Both the position numbers and the translations under genes were made by a program. A stretch of DNA of 38,223 bases from Victivallaceae bacterium (GTDB taxonomy: Bacteria > Verrucomicrobiota > Lentisphaeria > Victivallales > Victivallaceae). The stretch lies in assembly GCA_045630865.1 (NCBI GenBank), contig JAZQTR010000182.1, positions 1-38,223 of the forward strand, written 5' to 3'. Below are positions 1 to 8,521 of the stretch, one piece after another (the first letter of the stretch is position 1; every line of letters starts with the position of its first letter). The notes beneath the pieces were generated by a model that saw only the letters and a list, made by a program, of their open reading frames with translations, did not search any database and was not told the origin of the DNA.

Positions 1-152
1 CCTTTTGTACAACTCCTTGGCTCACAGAACGACATGGCTACGATCCGACTTCCGGAAGAAACGATACTTTCGCCTTCGTCTGCGAAACCTGTCCAGTAGC
101 GGAGTTTGCCGATAATGAAATTTTCACTCTGCCAATCAAAATTAATATCCAT
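1..152 (-). CDS. hypothetical protein, N-terminal part only (runs off the window start)
   Basis: Reverse-strand ATG at 152..150 is preceded by an SD-like GGAAAGGAA about 7 nt upstream. 50 codons stay open to position 1 (MDINFDWQSENFIIGKLRYWTGFADEGESIV...). No family recognised. An alternative is a plus-strand frame that stays open from position 1 to TAG 97..99. Confidence 0.3.
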   Translation of the reverse strand, partial: MDINFDWQSENFIIGKLRYWTGFADEGESIVSSGSRIVAMSFCEPRSCTK

Positions 153-229
153 AAGTATTTTCCTTTCCTGCTTGCAGTAATAATGTAGCATAACCGAAAC
201 GATATGCAAGCATAATATCCGCAAACGGA

Positions 230-257
230 TTGACAAATCCATAAAATACTTTATATT
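230..257 (+). promoter_or_regulatory. candidate sigma-70-type promoter upstream of asnB
   Basis: TTGACA (230-235), 16-nt spacer, TATATT (252-257). A second candidate lies nearer the start: an extended -10, TGgTATAAT, at 335-343, about 20 nt before ATG 363. By-eye motif match only. Confidence 0.4.
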
Positions 258-362
258 GACTGCATAGGCTCTTTGTTGTGATTTTGAACAGCATACTGCT
301 TGAAAAGCAGTTGAAAGTGCCGTATATTATCTTGTGGTATAATTATTGTCAGGATCCCGTCT

Positions 363-2267
363 ATGTGTGCAATTACCGGAATAATAAATTACATCCAGAG
401 CCGCAATATCAGCGATACAATCTCCGGCATGACCGAAGCTCTCCGCCACCGCGGTCCTGATGATTGCGGTTACTTCATCGACGATGATGTCGCCCTCGGA
501 CACCGGCGGCTCTCAGTCATCGATATAGACGGCGGAAAACAGCCGATGTTCAATGAGAGCGGCGATGTTGTCGTTATTCTCAACGGTGAAATATACAACT
601 ACCGGGAACTGCGCAGTGAACTTGAAGCCAAAGGTCATATCTTCAGCAGCGACAGTGATACAGAAGTACTTGTCCACCTCTATGAGGAGATGGGCAAACA
701 ATTTCTCCCGCTGCTGAACGGAATGTTCGCCTTTGCCATTTATGATACCCGCAAAAAACTGCTGCTGCTCGGGCGCGACAGGTTGGGACAAAAACCATTG
801 TTCTATTTCCAGAACGGCAAAACACTGGTTTTCGCAAGCGAACTTGCAGCCCTGAAAAAACATCCTGATATGCCCAAAGAGCTGAATATAAACGCCGTCA
901 GCGATTACCTCTCACTGCAGTATGTTCCCGGCTCTGAAACCGTCTACCGCCACGTCAGGCGTCTGGCTCCGGCAAACGTATTGGAGTATCAGCTTGATAA
1001 GGGAAATTTCAGCTGCAACTCCTACTGGCACGCGGTCTACTCGTTCAAAAGCTCTGAACTGTCTTTTGAAGAAGCGGCACAGGAGTTGCGCCGCAGAGTC
1101 GAAAATGCTGTTGAACGCCGTCTGGTATCGGATGTTCCGCTCGGAGTTTTTCTTTCCGGAGGCGTTGACTCATCGATCATCACTGCGGTCACTGCAGAAA
1201 AGCTCGGAGGACTCCCCTGCAAAGCTTTCAGCATCGGCTTCAATGACAAACGTTACGATGAACGCACCGGAGCCAAAGAGTTCGCATCTTATCTGCAGAG
1301 CCGCAACCTCAATCTCGAACACCATATCAAAGTTGTCGAGCCGGGAGATTTTCAGCTGCTGAAAAAACTGGTTTCCCACTTCGGAGAGCCATTCGCCGAT
1401 GCCTCTATGCTTCCGACTTATCTCTTGAGCAGTTTTGCCAGAGAGCGCGTCACTGTCGCGTTGAGCGGCGATGGAGCCGATGAACTCTTCGGCGGCTATG
1501 AGCGTTACCATGCGATGCGGGTATTTGACCGCTGTTCTTCGCTTAATCCCCGCATAAGACGGGCGGTCTTCGGCTCGTTGAGAAAACTGCTGCCGGACTC
1601 CGGAGAACGCAGTTTTTCCGGAAGAGCGCGCCGCTTTCTGAAACTTTTGAGCAACACCTCATCTGACCGGGCATACTTTGACCTGATGGATCGCGCTCCG
1701 CGTGAAGTCAAACGCAAACTATTCAAGACGCATGCTCCCGGCATTTACCACCATGACAGCAGCGAAGTTTTCAGACGGACATACCGGATATTATCCGGAA
1801 AAAATCCGCACGAACTCTGCTCCGAACTGGATATACTCACCTATCTGCCGGGTGATATCCTGCCCAAAGTGGATATCACATCAATGGCTTGTGCCCTTGA
1901 AGTAAGATCTCCATTTCTCGACCGTGAGGTTGCGGAGTTTGCCGCAAGACTTCCCTGGGAGTACAAACAGCGCAACGGTGAGCGCAAACGGATTTTAAAA
2001 GAGGCGTTCAAAGATATCGTGCCGGAAAATATCCTCAACCGTCCGAAACGCGGTTTCGGTGTGCCGGTTGCAAGCTGGCTCCGGGGTTCATGGAAACACG
2101 ATGCCGGAGAAGCCCTTTTCAACGGAGTTCTTGCAAAAGATTATATCGACAAATCAGCACTCAACTCGATCTGGAGCCAGCACCAGACCAGAATCCACGA
2201 TTGGAGCTATCTGCTCTGGAGTTTGCTTGTGCTTGAGCTCTTCCTTTCACAGGAAAACAGCAGGTGA
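363..2267 (+). CDS. asnB: asparagine synthase (glutamine-hydrolysing)
   Basis: 634 aa. Starts MC- (Cys2 nucleophile of class-II Ntn amidotransferases), followed by GHRRLSVID, NGEIYNY and DSDTEV. PP-loop SGGVDSS in the synthetase domain. Confidence 0.93.
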   Translation: MCAITGIINYIQSRNISDTISGMTEALRHRGPDDCGYFIDDDVALGHRRLSVIDIDGGKQPMFNESGDVVVILNGEIYNYRELRSELEAKGHIFSSDSDTEVLVHLYEEMGKQFLPLLNGMFAFAIYDTRKKLLLLGRDRLGQKPLFYFQNGKTLVFASELAALKKHPDMPKELNINAVSDYLSLQYVPGSETVYRHVRRLAPANVLEYQLDKGNFSCNSYWHAVYSFKSSELSFEEAAQELRRRVENAVERRLVSDVPLGVFLSGGVDSSIITAVTAEKLGGLPCKAFSIGFNDKRYDERTGAKEFASYLQSRNLNLEHHIKVVEPGDFQLLKKLVSHFGEPFADASMLPTYLLSSFARERVTVALSGDGADELFGGYERYHAMRVFDRCSSLNPRIRRAVFGSLRKLLPDSGERSFSGRARRFLKLLSNTSSDRAYFDLMDRAPREVKRKLFKTHAPGIYHHDSSEVFRRTYRILSGKNPHELCSELDILTYLPGDILPKVDITSMACALEVRSPFLDREVAEFAARLPWEYKQRNGERKRILKEAFKDIVPENILNRPKRGFGVPVASWLRGSWKHDAGEALFNGVLAKDYIDKSALNSIWSQHQTRIHDWSYLLWSLLVLELFLSQENSR

Positions 2268-2272
2268 GCATC

Positions 2273-3202
2273 ATGAAAAAACATAAAGTTGCCATCATCG
2301 GCAGCGGTCCAGCCGGATATACCGCCGCGATCTACACGTCAAGAGCCATGCTCGAAACCACAATATTCGCCGGAAGGCTACCGGGCGGTCTGCTGACCAG
2401 AACAAGTACAGTCGAAAACTTTCCGGGATTTCCAGACGGCATCGAGGGCTTTGATCTGATGTCTGCGATGCAGGATCAGGCGGAGAAACTCGGAGCAGCC
2501 GTAGAATATGATGAAGTTGTTTCCATAGATTTCAACCGTTCAGGCAAACACCTGCTGACGCTCTCGACCGGAAACATTTTTGAGGCAGACGCCGTTATCC
2601 TCGCCATGGGTTCAAGTCCGCGCAAGCTGGGTATCCCTGCAGAAGACAAATTCCGCTGCAAAGGTGTTTCCAGCTGCGCCACCTGCGACGGAGCTTTTTT
2701 CAAAGGCACTCCGGTCGTCGTGGCTGGCGGTGGAGATTCTGCTATGGAAGAGGCGGTTTATCTCACGCGCTTTGCCTCACACGTTCATGTTGTCCACCGC
2801 AGAGAACAACTGCGGGCATCAGCGATCATGGTTGAACGGGCAAAGAGTATGCCTGATATCACTTTTCATCTCAACGCCTCCATCAAAGACATCTGCGGAA
2901 ACGAGAGAGTCGAGAAAGTCATCATAGCAGACAACAACACTGGAAAAGAGAGCGAAATCATATGCAGCGGAATTTTCTGTGCCCTCGGACACACTCCGAA
3001 CACAGAACTTGCAGCGGGCAAGATCCCGCTCGATGAAAACAAGTGCATCATCACCAATCACCCTTACTCCTCGACCGCCGTCCCCGGAGTTTTTGCGGCA
3101 GGAGATTGCGCCGATCCCATCTACCGGCAGGCGATAACTGCGGCCGGTTCCGGATGCCGCGCCGCAATGGATGTCATACGCTATCTGGAAAATGCCCATT
3201 GA
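2273..3202 (+). CDS. trxB: thioredoxin-disulfide reductase
   Basis: FAD motif IIGSGPAGYTAA, redox-active CATCDG, NADPH motif GGGDSAMEEA, C-terminal GDCAD. The ORF track starts at GTG 2264. ATG 2273 has an AGGTGA SD 5 nt upstream and gives the typical MKKHKVAIIGSG N-terminus. Confidence 0.93.
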   Translation: MKKHKVAIIGSGPAGYTAAIYTSRAMLETTIFAGRLPGGLLTRTSTVENFPGFPDGIEGFDLMSAMQDQAEKLGAAVEYDEVVSIDFNRSGKHLLTLSTGNIFEADAVILAMGSSPRKLGIPAEDKFRCKGVSSCATCDGAFFKGTPVVVAGGGDSAMEEAVYLTRFASHVHVVHRREQLRASAIMVERAKSMPDITFHLNASIKDICGNERVEKVIIADNNTGKESEIICSGIFCALGHTPNTELAAGKIPLDENKCIITNHPYSSTAVPGVFAAGDCADPIYRQAITAAGSGCRAAMDVIRYLENAH

Positions 3203-3854
3203 CTATATCTTCACCGTTTCTCCCCGCCGCAAGCACCCTGCCCTCAAAATAAATGATGAGGGAGAAATAGAGTTTCTTGCGCCGCCGGGTTTTCCACGCA
3301 ATATGGCAGACCGGATCATCCGGAGCAATCCGGAATTGATAAAAAAACTGCAGACAAAAGCCGATGCCAAAAAATCCCGCATCCGCACATGGCAGGAGGG
3401 AATGACTGTATATTTCTTCGGCACAGAAGTTCCGGTCAAATTCAGCCGCCGCTGCCACTTTTTCAACGGTCAGGCTATGCTCATTCCGGCAGGTGACAGT
3501 GAATCCGTGAAAAACAGCCTGATAAAAGTCTACCGTGAAACTGCAAAAGCCGTTCTTGCCAAGAGAACAGAAGAAATCGCTTCCAGATTCGGAATCACAT
3601 ACAGCAAAGTATCCATCGGCAGTGCCTCCGGCCGCTGGGGATGCTGTACCAGAGCAGGCAACATCCGCTACAGCTGGCGTCTGCTTCAATGCAGTGACAG
3701 ACTTATCGAATACGTCATAGTCCACGAACTTGCCCACCGGATCGTCTTTGACCATTCGGCAAAATTCTGGAGTCAGGTAGGCACGATGCTTCCGGATTTT
3801 GAACAGCGCAGGAGAGAGTTGAAATTATTTGCCAGAAAGCCTGAACTCCTGTAA
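3192..3854 (+). CDS. DUF45/YgjP-like (M48-related) metal-dependent hydrolase
   Basis: HExxH motif in VIVHELAHRIVFDHSAKFW near the C-terminus. Size and layout fit the YgjP/DUF45 family. The start is ambiguous: ATG 3171 or ATG 3192, which overlap the trxB end by 32 or 11 nt. Confidence 0.78.
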   Translation: MPIDYIFTVSPRRKHPALKINDEGEIEFLAPPGFPRNMADRIIRSNPELIKKLQTKADAKKSRIRTWQEGMTVYFFGTEVPVKFSRRCHFFNGQAMLIPAGDSESVKNSLIKVYRETAKAVLAKRTEEIASRFGITYSKVSIGSASGRWGCCTRAGNIRYSWRLLQCSDRLIEYVIVHELAHRIVFDHSAKFWSQVGTMLPDFEQRRRELKLFARKPELL

Positions 3855-3963
3855 ACTGAACAGACATCACACATAAAATCAAAGTTGCCTTACAAATCTC
3901 CTTTATTTTCCTCTCAGGAATATTATATTGAACTTGCGGGGACAATTCAGGAGGAGAAAAATT

Positions 3964-5496
3964 ATGATGTTCTGTTTTCAATGTCAGGAAACCTGCCGCA
4001 ATTCCGGCTGCACTGTCGTCGGAATGTGCGGAAAAAAACCGGAAACTTCCAGAATCATGGATGAAATCATCTGCCGGCTCAAAGAGCTTGCGGTTGCCAG
4101 AAAACCGGATAAAAAATCCGGCCCGCTGGTCTGTGAATCACTCTTTCTCACATTGACCAACACCAACTTCGACGATGTCAGACTGAAAAAACAGCTCAAC
4201 GAAATAAGCAAACTTTATCCGGCGAATTCCAGACTTGCGGCAGGTGTGCGCCGCGATGCAGATGACGAGTGCAACTCTCTGTCAGAACTGCTTATATGCG
4301 GACTGAAAGGAATAGCAGCCTATACTCACCATGCCTGTAAACTCGGCTTTGAAGATCCGGAAATTTATGATTTTATTTTCCGCGCCCTCCAGGCTGCCGC
4401 AGTCGAAACTTCGGCCGAAAAACTTCTGGCTGTATGTATTGAGTGCGGCAACTGTGCCTTACGGGCAATGGCTCTTCTGGATACAGCAAACACGGATACT
4501 TTCGGAGTACCGGTTCCGACACTGGTGAAAACCGGAACCGGGAACAATCCGGCAATTCTGGTTTCCGGACACGATCTTGCCGATCTTTACGATTTGCTGA
4601 AAGCAACAGAGGGGACCGGAATCGATATTTATACACACGGAGAAATGCTTCCGGCACATGCCTACCCGGAACTTGCCAAATTTCCTCATCTTGCCGGCAA
4701 TTACGGCAGTTCGTGGCACCATCAGCATATTGATTTTGCCAACTTCAATGGACCTGTGGTAATAACCACAAACTGTCTTGCTTCGATAGAGGAGAGCTAC
4801 CGCAACCGTATTTTCGCCACAGGAACCGCCGGAGATGATGACATCCCGCATATTCCTGATCCTCCCCCCGGCAAACGCAAAGACTTTTCAAAAGTAATCG
4901 AACTTGCCCGTCACCTGCCGCCACCGGATGCAACAGATGAGGATTTTCTCGTCTGCGGCTATGGCCACGACACCTTGAGCTCCCTTGCGCCGCGCATAAT
5001 CAAAGAAATTGAAGCCGGAAACATCAAACGCTTTATTATCATGGCAGGGTGCGACGGCAGACACAAGTCAAGGGAATACTATACGGAACTTGCTGAAAAT
5101 CTTCCATCCGATACAATAATACTTACCGCAGGATGTGCTAAATACCGCTATAATAAATTGAAAACCGGCGAAATCAACGGTATTCCGAGAATAATCGATG
5201 CCGGACAATGCAACGACTGTTACTCACTTGCGATGTTTGCCCTTGAACTCAAAGCGGCGATGAAACTTGATTGTGTCAACAAACTTCCGCTTTCTCTGGA
5301 TATCGCATGGTTCGAGCAGAAAGCTGTCGCAATACTGCTTGCACTTCTGGCGGCCGGTTTCCGGAATATCAGACTGGGGCCGACGCTTCCGGCATTTCTC
5401 TCACCCGGAGTGGTCGGGATTCTTCAGGAAAAATTCCAGCTGAAACTCATTACCAATTTCAAAGATGATATGGCAAACATGCTTGCCGGAGCTTGA
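3964..5496 (+). CDS. hcp: hydroxylamine reductase / hybrid-cluster protein
   Basis: N-terminus MMFCFQCQETCRNSGCTVVGMCGK carries the C-x2-C-x8-C-x5-C Hcp signature. Full-length similarity to the Hcp layout. The ORF track starts at TTG 3928. AGGAGG at 3949-3954 sits 9 nt before ATG 3964. Confidence 0.92.
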   Translation: MMFCFQCQETCRNSGCTVVGMCGKKPETSRIMDEIICRLKELAVARKPDKKSGPLVCESLFLTLTNTNFDDVRLKKQLNEISKLYPANSRLAAGVRRDADDECNSLSELLICGLKGIAAYTHHACKLGFEDPEIYDFIFRALQAAAVETSAEKLLAVCIECGNCALRAMALLDTANTDTFGVPVPTLVKTGTGNNPAILVSGHDLADLYDLLKATEGTGIDIYTHGEMLPAHAYPELAKFPHLAGNYGSSWHHQHIDFANFNGPVVITTNCLASIEESYRNRIFATGTAGDDDIPHIPDPPPGKRKDFSKVIELARHLPPPDATDEDFLVCGYGHDTLSSLAPRIIKEIEAGNIKRFIIMAGCDGRHKSREYYTELAENLPSDTIILTAGCAKYRYNKLKTGEINGIPRIIDAGQCNDCYSLAMFALELKAAMKLDCVNKLPLSLDIAWFEQKAVAILLALLAAGFRNIRLGPTLPAFLSPGVVGILQEKFQLKLITNFKDDMANMLAGA

Positions 5497-5559
5497 ATAT
5501 ATCCGGAACTGATATATATTACCTGTAAAACCAAATATCAGTTTAAAGGATAACATATC

Positions 5560-6411
5560 ATGAATACCACAAGCAGCGAAGAACTCAACAGTTTCATCAC
5601 TAAATATCAGACCGACAGCACTATCGCCGCTCTTACTCCGACGATCTGTGCATTGACAGGTACAGAAGAGCCTGCTGACTGCGGAGCAGTCGAGCTTTCT
5701 GCCGTGGTGGATCAGGCTGTCAGGCTCACCGGCAAAGAGGGTGGTATCGAAAAAGCTCTCATATTCTGTCCGGATGCAGTCGGTGAGATACAGCGGGCAC
5801 GTTTTCCGGAACTGCTTGACCGGGTACAAAAACTTGCCGGTTTTCAATTTTCCTGTGCAGCAGTCATGCCGAGCGTCACACCGGTGTGCTACGGAAGTAT
5901 ATTTTCCGGAGCATCTCCGGCTGTTCACGGCATCCAGAAATACGAAAAACCTGTTCTGACGGTTGAAACGCTCTTCGACGTCCTTGCCAAAGCCGGAAAA
6001 AACGTTGCAATCGTTTCCGTCAATACCTGCAGTATCGACTGCATTTTCAGAAAACGCGATGTCGATTACTACTCAATGCGCAGTGATGAGAAAACTCTGG
6101 AAGTTACCAGAGAACTGATTGCATCCAACCGTTATGACGTGATTGTTTCTTACTACACAAGCTATGATCACCTGTCACATAAACACGGTCAGTGGAGCAA
6201 AGAAGCCGTGGATGCACTCACCACATCCGTAAAATACTTTGAAACCCTCGTTTCAGATACTGAAACCCACTGGGCTGGATACAACCGGGTGGTGACCTGG
6301 ACTCCTGACCACGGCAACCACGTCATCGATGAAAACAGCAGCGGACACGGTAAGGATATAGCTGATGACATGGTCGTCAACCACTACTACCGCGTCAAAG
6401 CAAGTGTATAA
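5560..6411 (+). CDS. alkaline-phosphatase-superfamily enzyme (nucleotide pyrophosphatase/phosphodiesterase-like), compact form
   Basis: 283 aa. AP-superfamily ligand pattern: FCPDAVG (Asp), MPSVTPVCYGSIFSG (Thr nucleophile context), HGIQKYE, YDHLSHKHG (Asp/His), TPDHGNH (Asp/His/His). No signal peptide. AAAGGA SD before the ATG. Confidence 0.7.
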   Translation: MNTTSSEELNSFITKYQTDSTIAALTPTICALTGTEEPADCGAVELSAVVDQAVRLTGKEGGIEKALIFCPDAVGEIQRARFPELLDRVQKLAGFQFSCAAVMPSVTPVCYGSIFSGASPAVHGIQKYEKPVLTVETLFDVLAKAGKNVAIVSVNTCSIDCIFRKRDVDYYSMRSDEKTLEVTRELIASNRYDVIVSYYTSYDHLSHKHGQWSKEAVDALTTSVKYFETLVSDTETHWAGYNRVVTWTPDHGNHVIDENSSGHGKDIADDMVVNHYYRVKASV

Positions 6412-6413
6412 TC

Positions 6414-7139
6414 TTACTTGTTTTCCAGAAATGCGACCGCATTTTCAAGCTGGCGGAAATCGTAAATAATATAATCAGGTTCAGCTCCACAATAGCTGTG
6501 TTCCCCCTGATTTGATTTAAAAAACACGGTTTTAAGTCCGGCTTTCTGTGCGCCGTATACATCACGGTACATATCGTTGCCGACGTATATAACTTCATCC
6601 GGCTGACACCCGAGTTTTTTCACCGCATTGTCAAAAAGTCTGCGGTCAGGCTTGCGGTATCCGAAATCACCGGAAACCAGAACGAATTTGAAAAAACGGT
6701 CGAGCTTCACAGCTTTCAACTCCGGCTCCGCCCAGAGCGATTGTCCGTCGGAAACTGCCGCAAGCTGATACTGTCGGCTCAAATTCGACAAAACATCCCA
6801 TACTCCGGAGTAGAGTTCGAGCTTGTATCTGGTGGCAGAACGGTATACCACAGAGGCGGTTTTGGCAAGCGTAGACTCGTCTGCGATAAATCTTGTACGG
6901 TAATTGGAAATAATATCCGCAAAAATAGCCTGCGAATCAAATTCCGGATACTCTTCGCTGCTCATTTTTCTCTGCTGACGGTTGAGACGGAAAAAATTCT
7001 CTTTAAGGGTATCTTGAGAAATATCCACTCCATAGTAACTCAAGTAATTGGCAGTGGTACGATAGGCCGTATCATCAGCCTCATTGGTCAAAATATCAGT
7101 AAGTGTTCCATTGATATCAAATAAAATTGCACGGATCAT
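6414..7139 (-). CDS. HAD-IA family hydrolase
   Basis: Motif I LFDINGTL (Asn instead of the usual second Asp). Motif IV VGNDMYRDVYGAQKAGLKTV. Cap-domain-sized insert between the motifs. GGGAGA SD lies inside the end of the upstream kinase gene. 2-nt gap to the kinase stop. Confidence 0.85.
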   Translation of the reverse strand: MIRAILFDINGTLTDILTNEADDTAYRTTANYLSYYGVDISQDTLKENFFRLNRQQRKMSSEEYPEFDSQAIFADIISNYRTRFIADESTLAKTASVVYRSATRYKLELYSGVWDVLSNLSRQYQLAAVSDGQSLWAEPELKAVKLDRFFKFVLVSGDFGYRKPDRRLFDNAVKKLGCQPDEVIYVGNDMYRDVYGAQKAGLKTVFFKSNQGEHSYCGAEPDYIIYDFRQLENAVAFLENK

Positions 7140-7141
7140 TT

Positions 7142-8134
7142 TTATCTCCCGAGGCAGTTGAAAGCCTCATTGACAAGCTGGCGGCGGTAATTACGGTCAA
7201 GATAGCCGTTGCGGGCGATACGCAGAAGTGTTGTTCCCATATAGAAGGGAACCCTGCGGCAGACGGCTTCAAAGGCACTGCGGCGGTCAGGGAAGTGACA
7301 GCAGTATTCCCAGAGGAAATGTCCGATGAATTTTTCGGCAGCATATTTGTTCCCTGTGGAACGCAGAAAGAAGTGCTGGAGCTCTCCTGCAAGTCTGCCG
7401 ACATCGAAAACCCGGTCGGTACGTTTGACGCGCTCCATATCAAAAGATATGACATGAAGTCCGTCGCCGAAAAAGAAGTTTGACGGCGTTGCATCTCCAT
7501 GGACAAGCACCTCCTGATCAGACCACATTGCCCAGTCCCCTGCCCACTCCCGCTTCAAGTATTCAAGATGCTCTCTCTCATGGTTTGAAATCATACCAGA
7601 AAGACAACCGGTGATCGAAGAAAAATAGCGGCACTCCCGGTTGAAATCCACTCCGACACCTTGAACGGATTTATTATGCACCGAGGCAAGAAACCAGGCA
7701 AGCGCAGTAAGTTTGGAATAAAGCAGCGCATCATCGCGGTTATTTATTGCCTGCATTATCACACTGTCCATCGGAGTTCCGGTACAGTATTCGACAACCA
7801 GCAGCCGGTTGAGATCATAATTGCATCCGAGGGCATCCGCGACATAATGACAGCCGCCAAGATAAGAACGGAACTCTCTGATATTATCGTACTCACGGCG
7901 CAGACGCTGCCCTGCAAGTTCCCAATCTTTCATTCTGTCTGAATAGAAGAACTTTCCCACCACCTTGCGGCAGGAAGATCTGTCTTCATAGATATAGACG
8001 GCGTTGGAGCCGCCTGTACCGAAGACTCTTATCCCGTTACGGCAATCACAGCCGAAACGTGGAAATATTTCCCAACGCAGATACTCATAAAGCATATCCC
8101 TGCGAGAGAGATGTCCGAGATAAACTTCTGACAT
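7142..8134 (-). CDS. phosphotransferase-family (APH/choline-kinase fold) small-molecule kinase
   Basis: Brenner motif LVHGDATPSNFFF (HGDxxxxN) followed by ISFDMER (metal-binding Asp). 330 aa. Substrate not deducible from the sequence. Weak SD. Confidence 0.75.
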   Translation of the reverse strand: MSEVYLGHLSRRDMLYEYLRWEIFPRFGCDCRNGIRVFGTGGSNAVYIYEDRSSCRKVVGKFFYSDRMKDWELAGQRLRREYDNIREFRSYLGGCHYVADALGCNYDLNRLLVVEYCTGTPMDSVIMQAINNRDDALLYSKLTALAWFLASVHNKSVQGVGVDFNRECRYFSSITGCLSGMISNHEREHLEYLKREWAGDWAMWSDQEVLVHGDATPSNFFFGDGLHVISFDMERVKRTDRVFDVGRLAGELQHFFLRSTGNKYAAEKFIGHFLWEYCCHFPDRRSAFEAVCRRVPFYMGTTLLRIARNGYLDRNYRRQLVNEAFNCLGR

Positions 8135-8154
8135 TCTTATACCGGTTCTCTGAA

Positions 8155-8197
8155 ATCATAAAAAACTGCACAGAGAGATACTCCTCCCCGTGCAGTT
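8155..8197 (-). terminator. candidate intrinsic terminator after the ABM gene
   Basis: On the minus strand: AACTGCAC (8197-8190), an 18-nt loop, then GTGCAGTT (8171-8164), followed by TTTTATGATTT. The large loop lowers confidence. Confidence 0.5.
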
Positions 8198-8222
8198 CGT
8201 TCAACAGTAATTTCTGTTTCCG

Positions 8223-8513
8223 TCAAATGTTTTCAACTTTGAGCAGAGTAGTACTCTTTCTCAAGTCGGCAACGGCATCACGGTAGCGGGCCATGTGATC
8301 AGCAGCAAGGTGCTTTTTGAGATGAGCTTCATCCACCCACTCTTCGACGATGGTGACAAAGTTTCCGCGGGTTTCTGGATCGATGTCAAGACAGGGTTCA
8401 TAGCGGATGCAGCCCTCTTCAGCGCGGACAGTCGGAATATTTTCCTGCAAAATGGCAAGAAATTTATCCTGCATACCTTCGACAAGTTCAATTCTGGCAA
8501 TAACGTGCAGCAT
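8223..8513 (-). CDS. antibiotic-biosynthesis-monooxygenase (ABM) domain protein / putative quinol monooxygenase
   Basis: 96 aa, single ferredoxin-like ABM domain pattern (MLHVIARIELVEG...RAEEGCIRYE...VTIVEEWVDEAHLKKHL). GAGGTGA SD 5 nt upstream. 8-nt gap to the GH20 stop. Confidence 0.8.
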   Translation of the reverse strand: MLHVIARIELVEGMQDKFLAILQENIPTVRAEEGCIRYEPCLDIDPETRGNFVTIVEEWVDEAHLKKHLAADHMARYRDAVADLRKSTTLLKVENI

Positions 8514-8521
8514 TTTTCACC

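Noticed and set aside
295-311. Small hairpin ACTGCTT-GAA-AAGCAGT in the asnB upstream region, considered as an attenuator or riboswitch element.
   Set aside because: It is a 7-bp stem with a 3-nt loop, has no following U-tract and resembles no known leader. It may not even be transcribed if the proximal extended -10 promoter is the one used.
3855-3963. Looked for an FNR/HcpR/NsrR-type palindrome upstream of hcp (TTGAT-N4-ATCAA, GTAAC-N4-GTTAC or similar).
   Set aside because: Only AT-only pseudo-palindromes (AATAT-T-ATATT, which doubles as the probable -10) and a loose TGAA-N13-TTCA were found. Nothing is convincing without comparative data.
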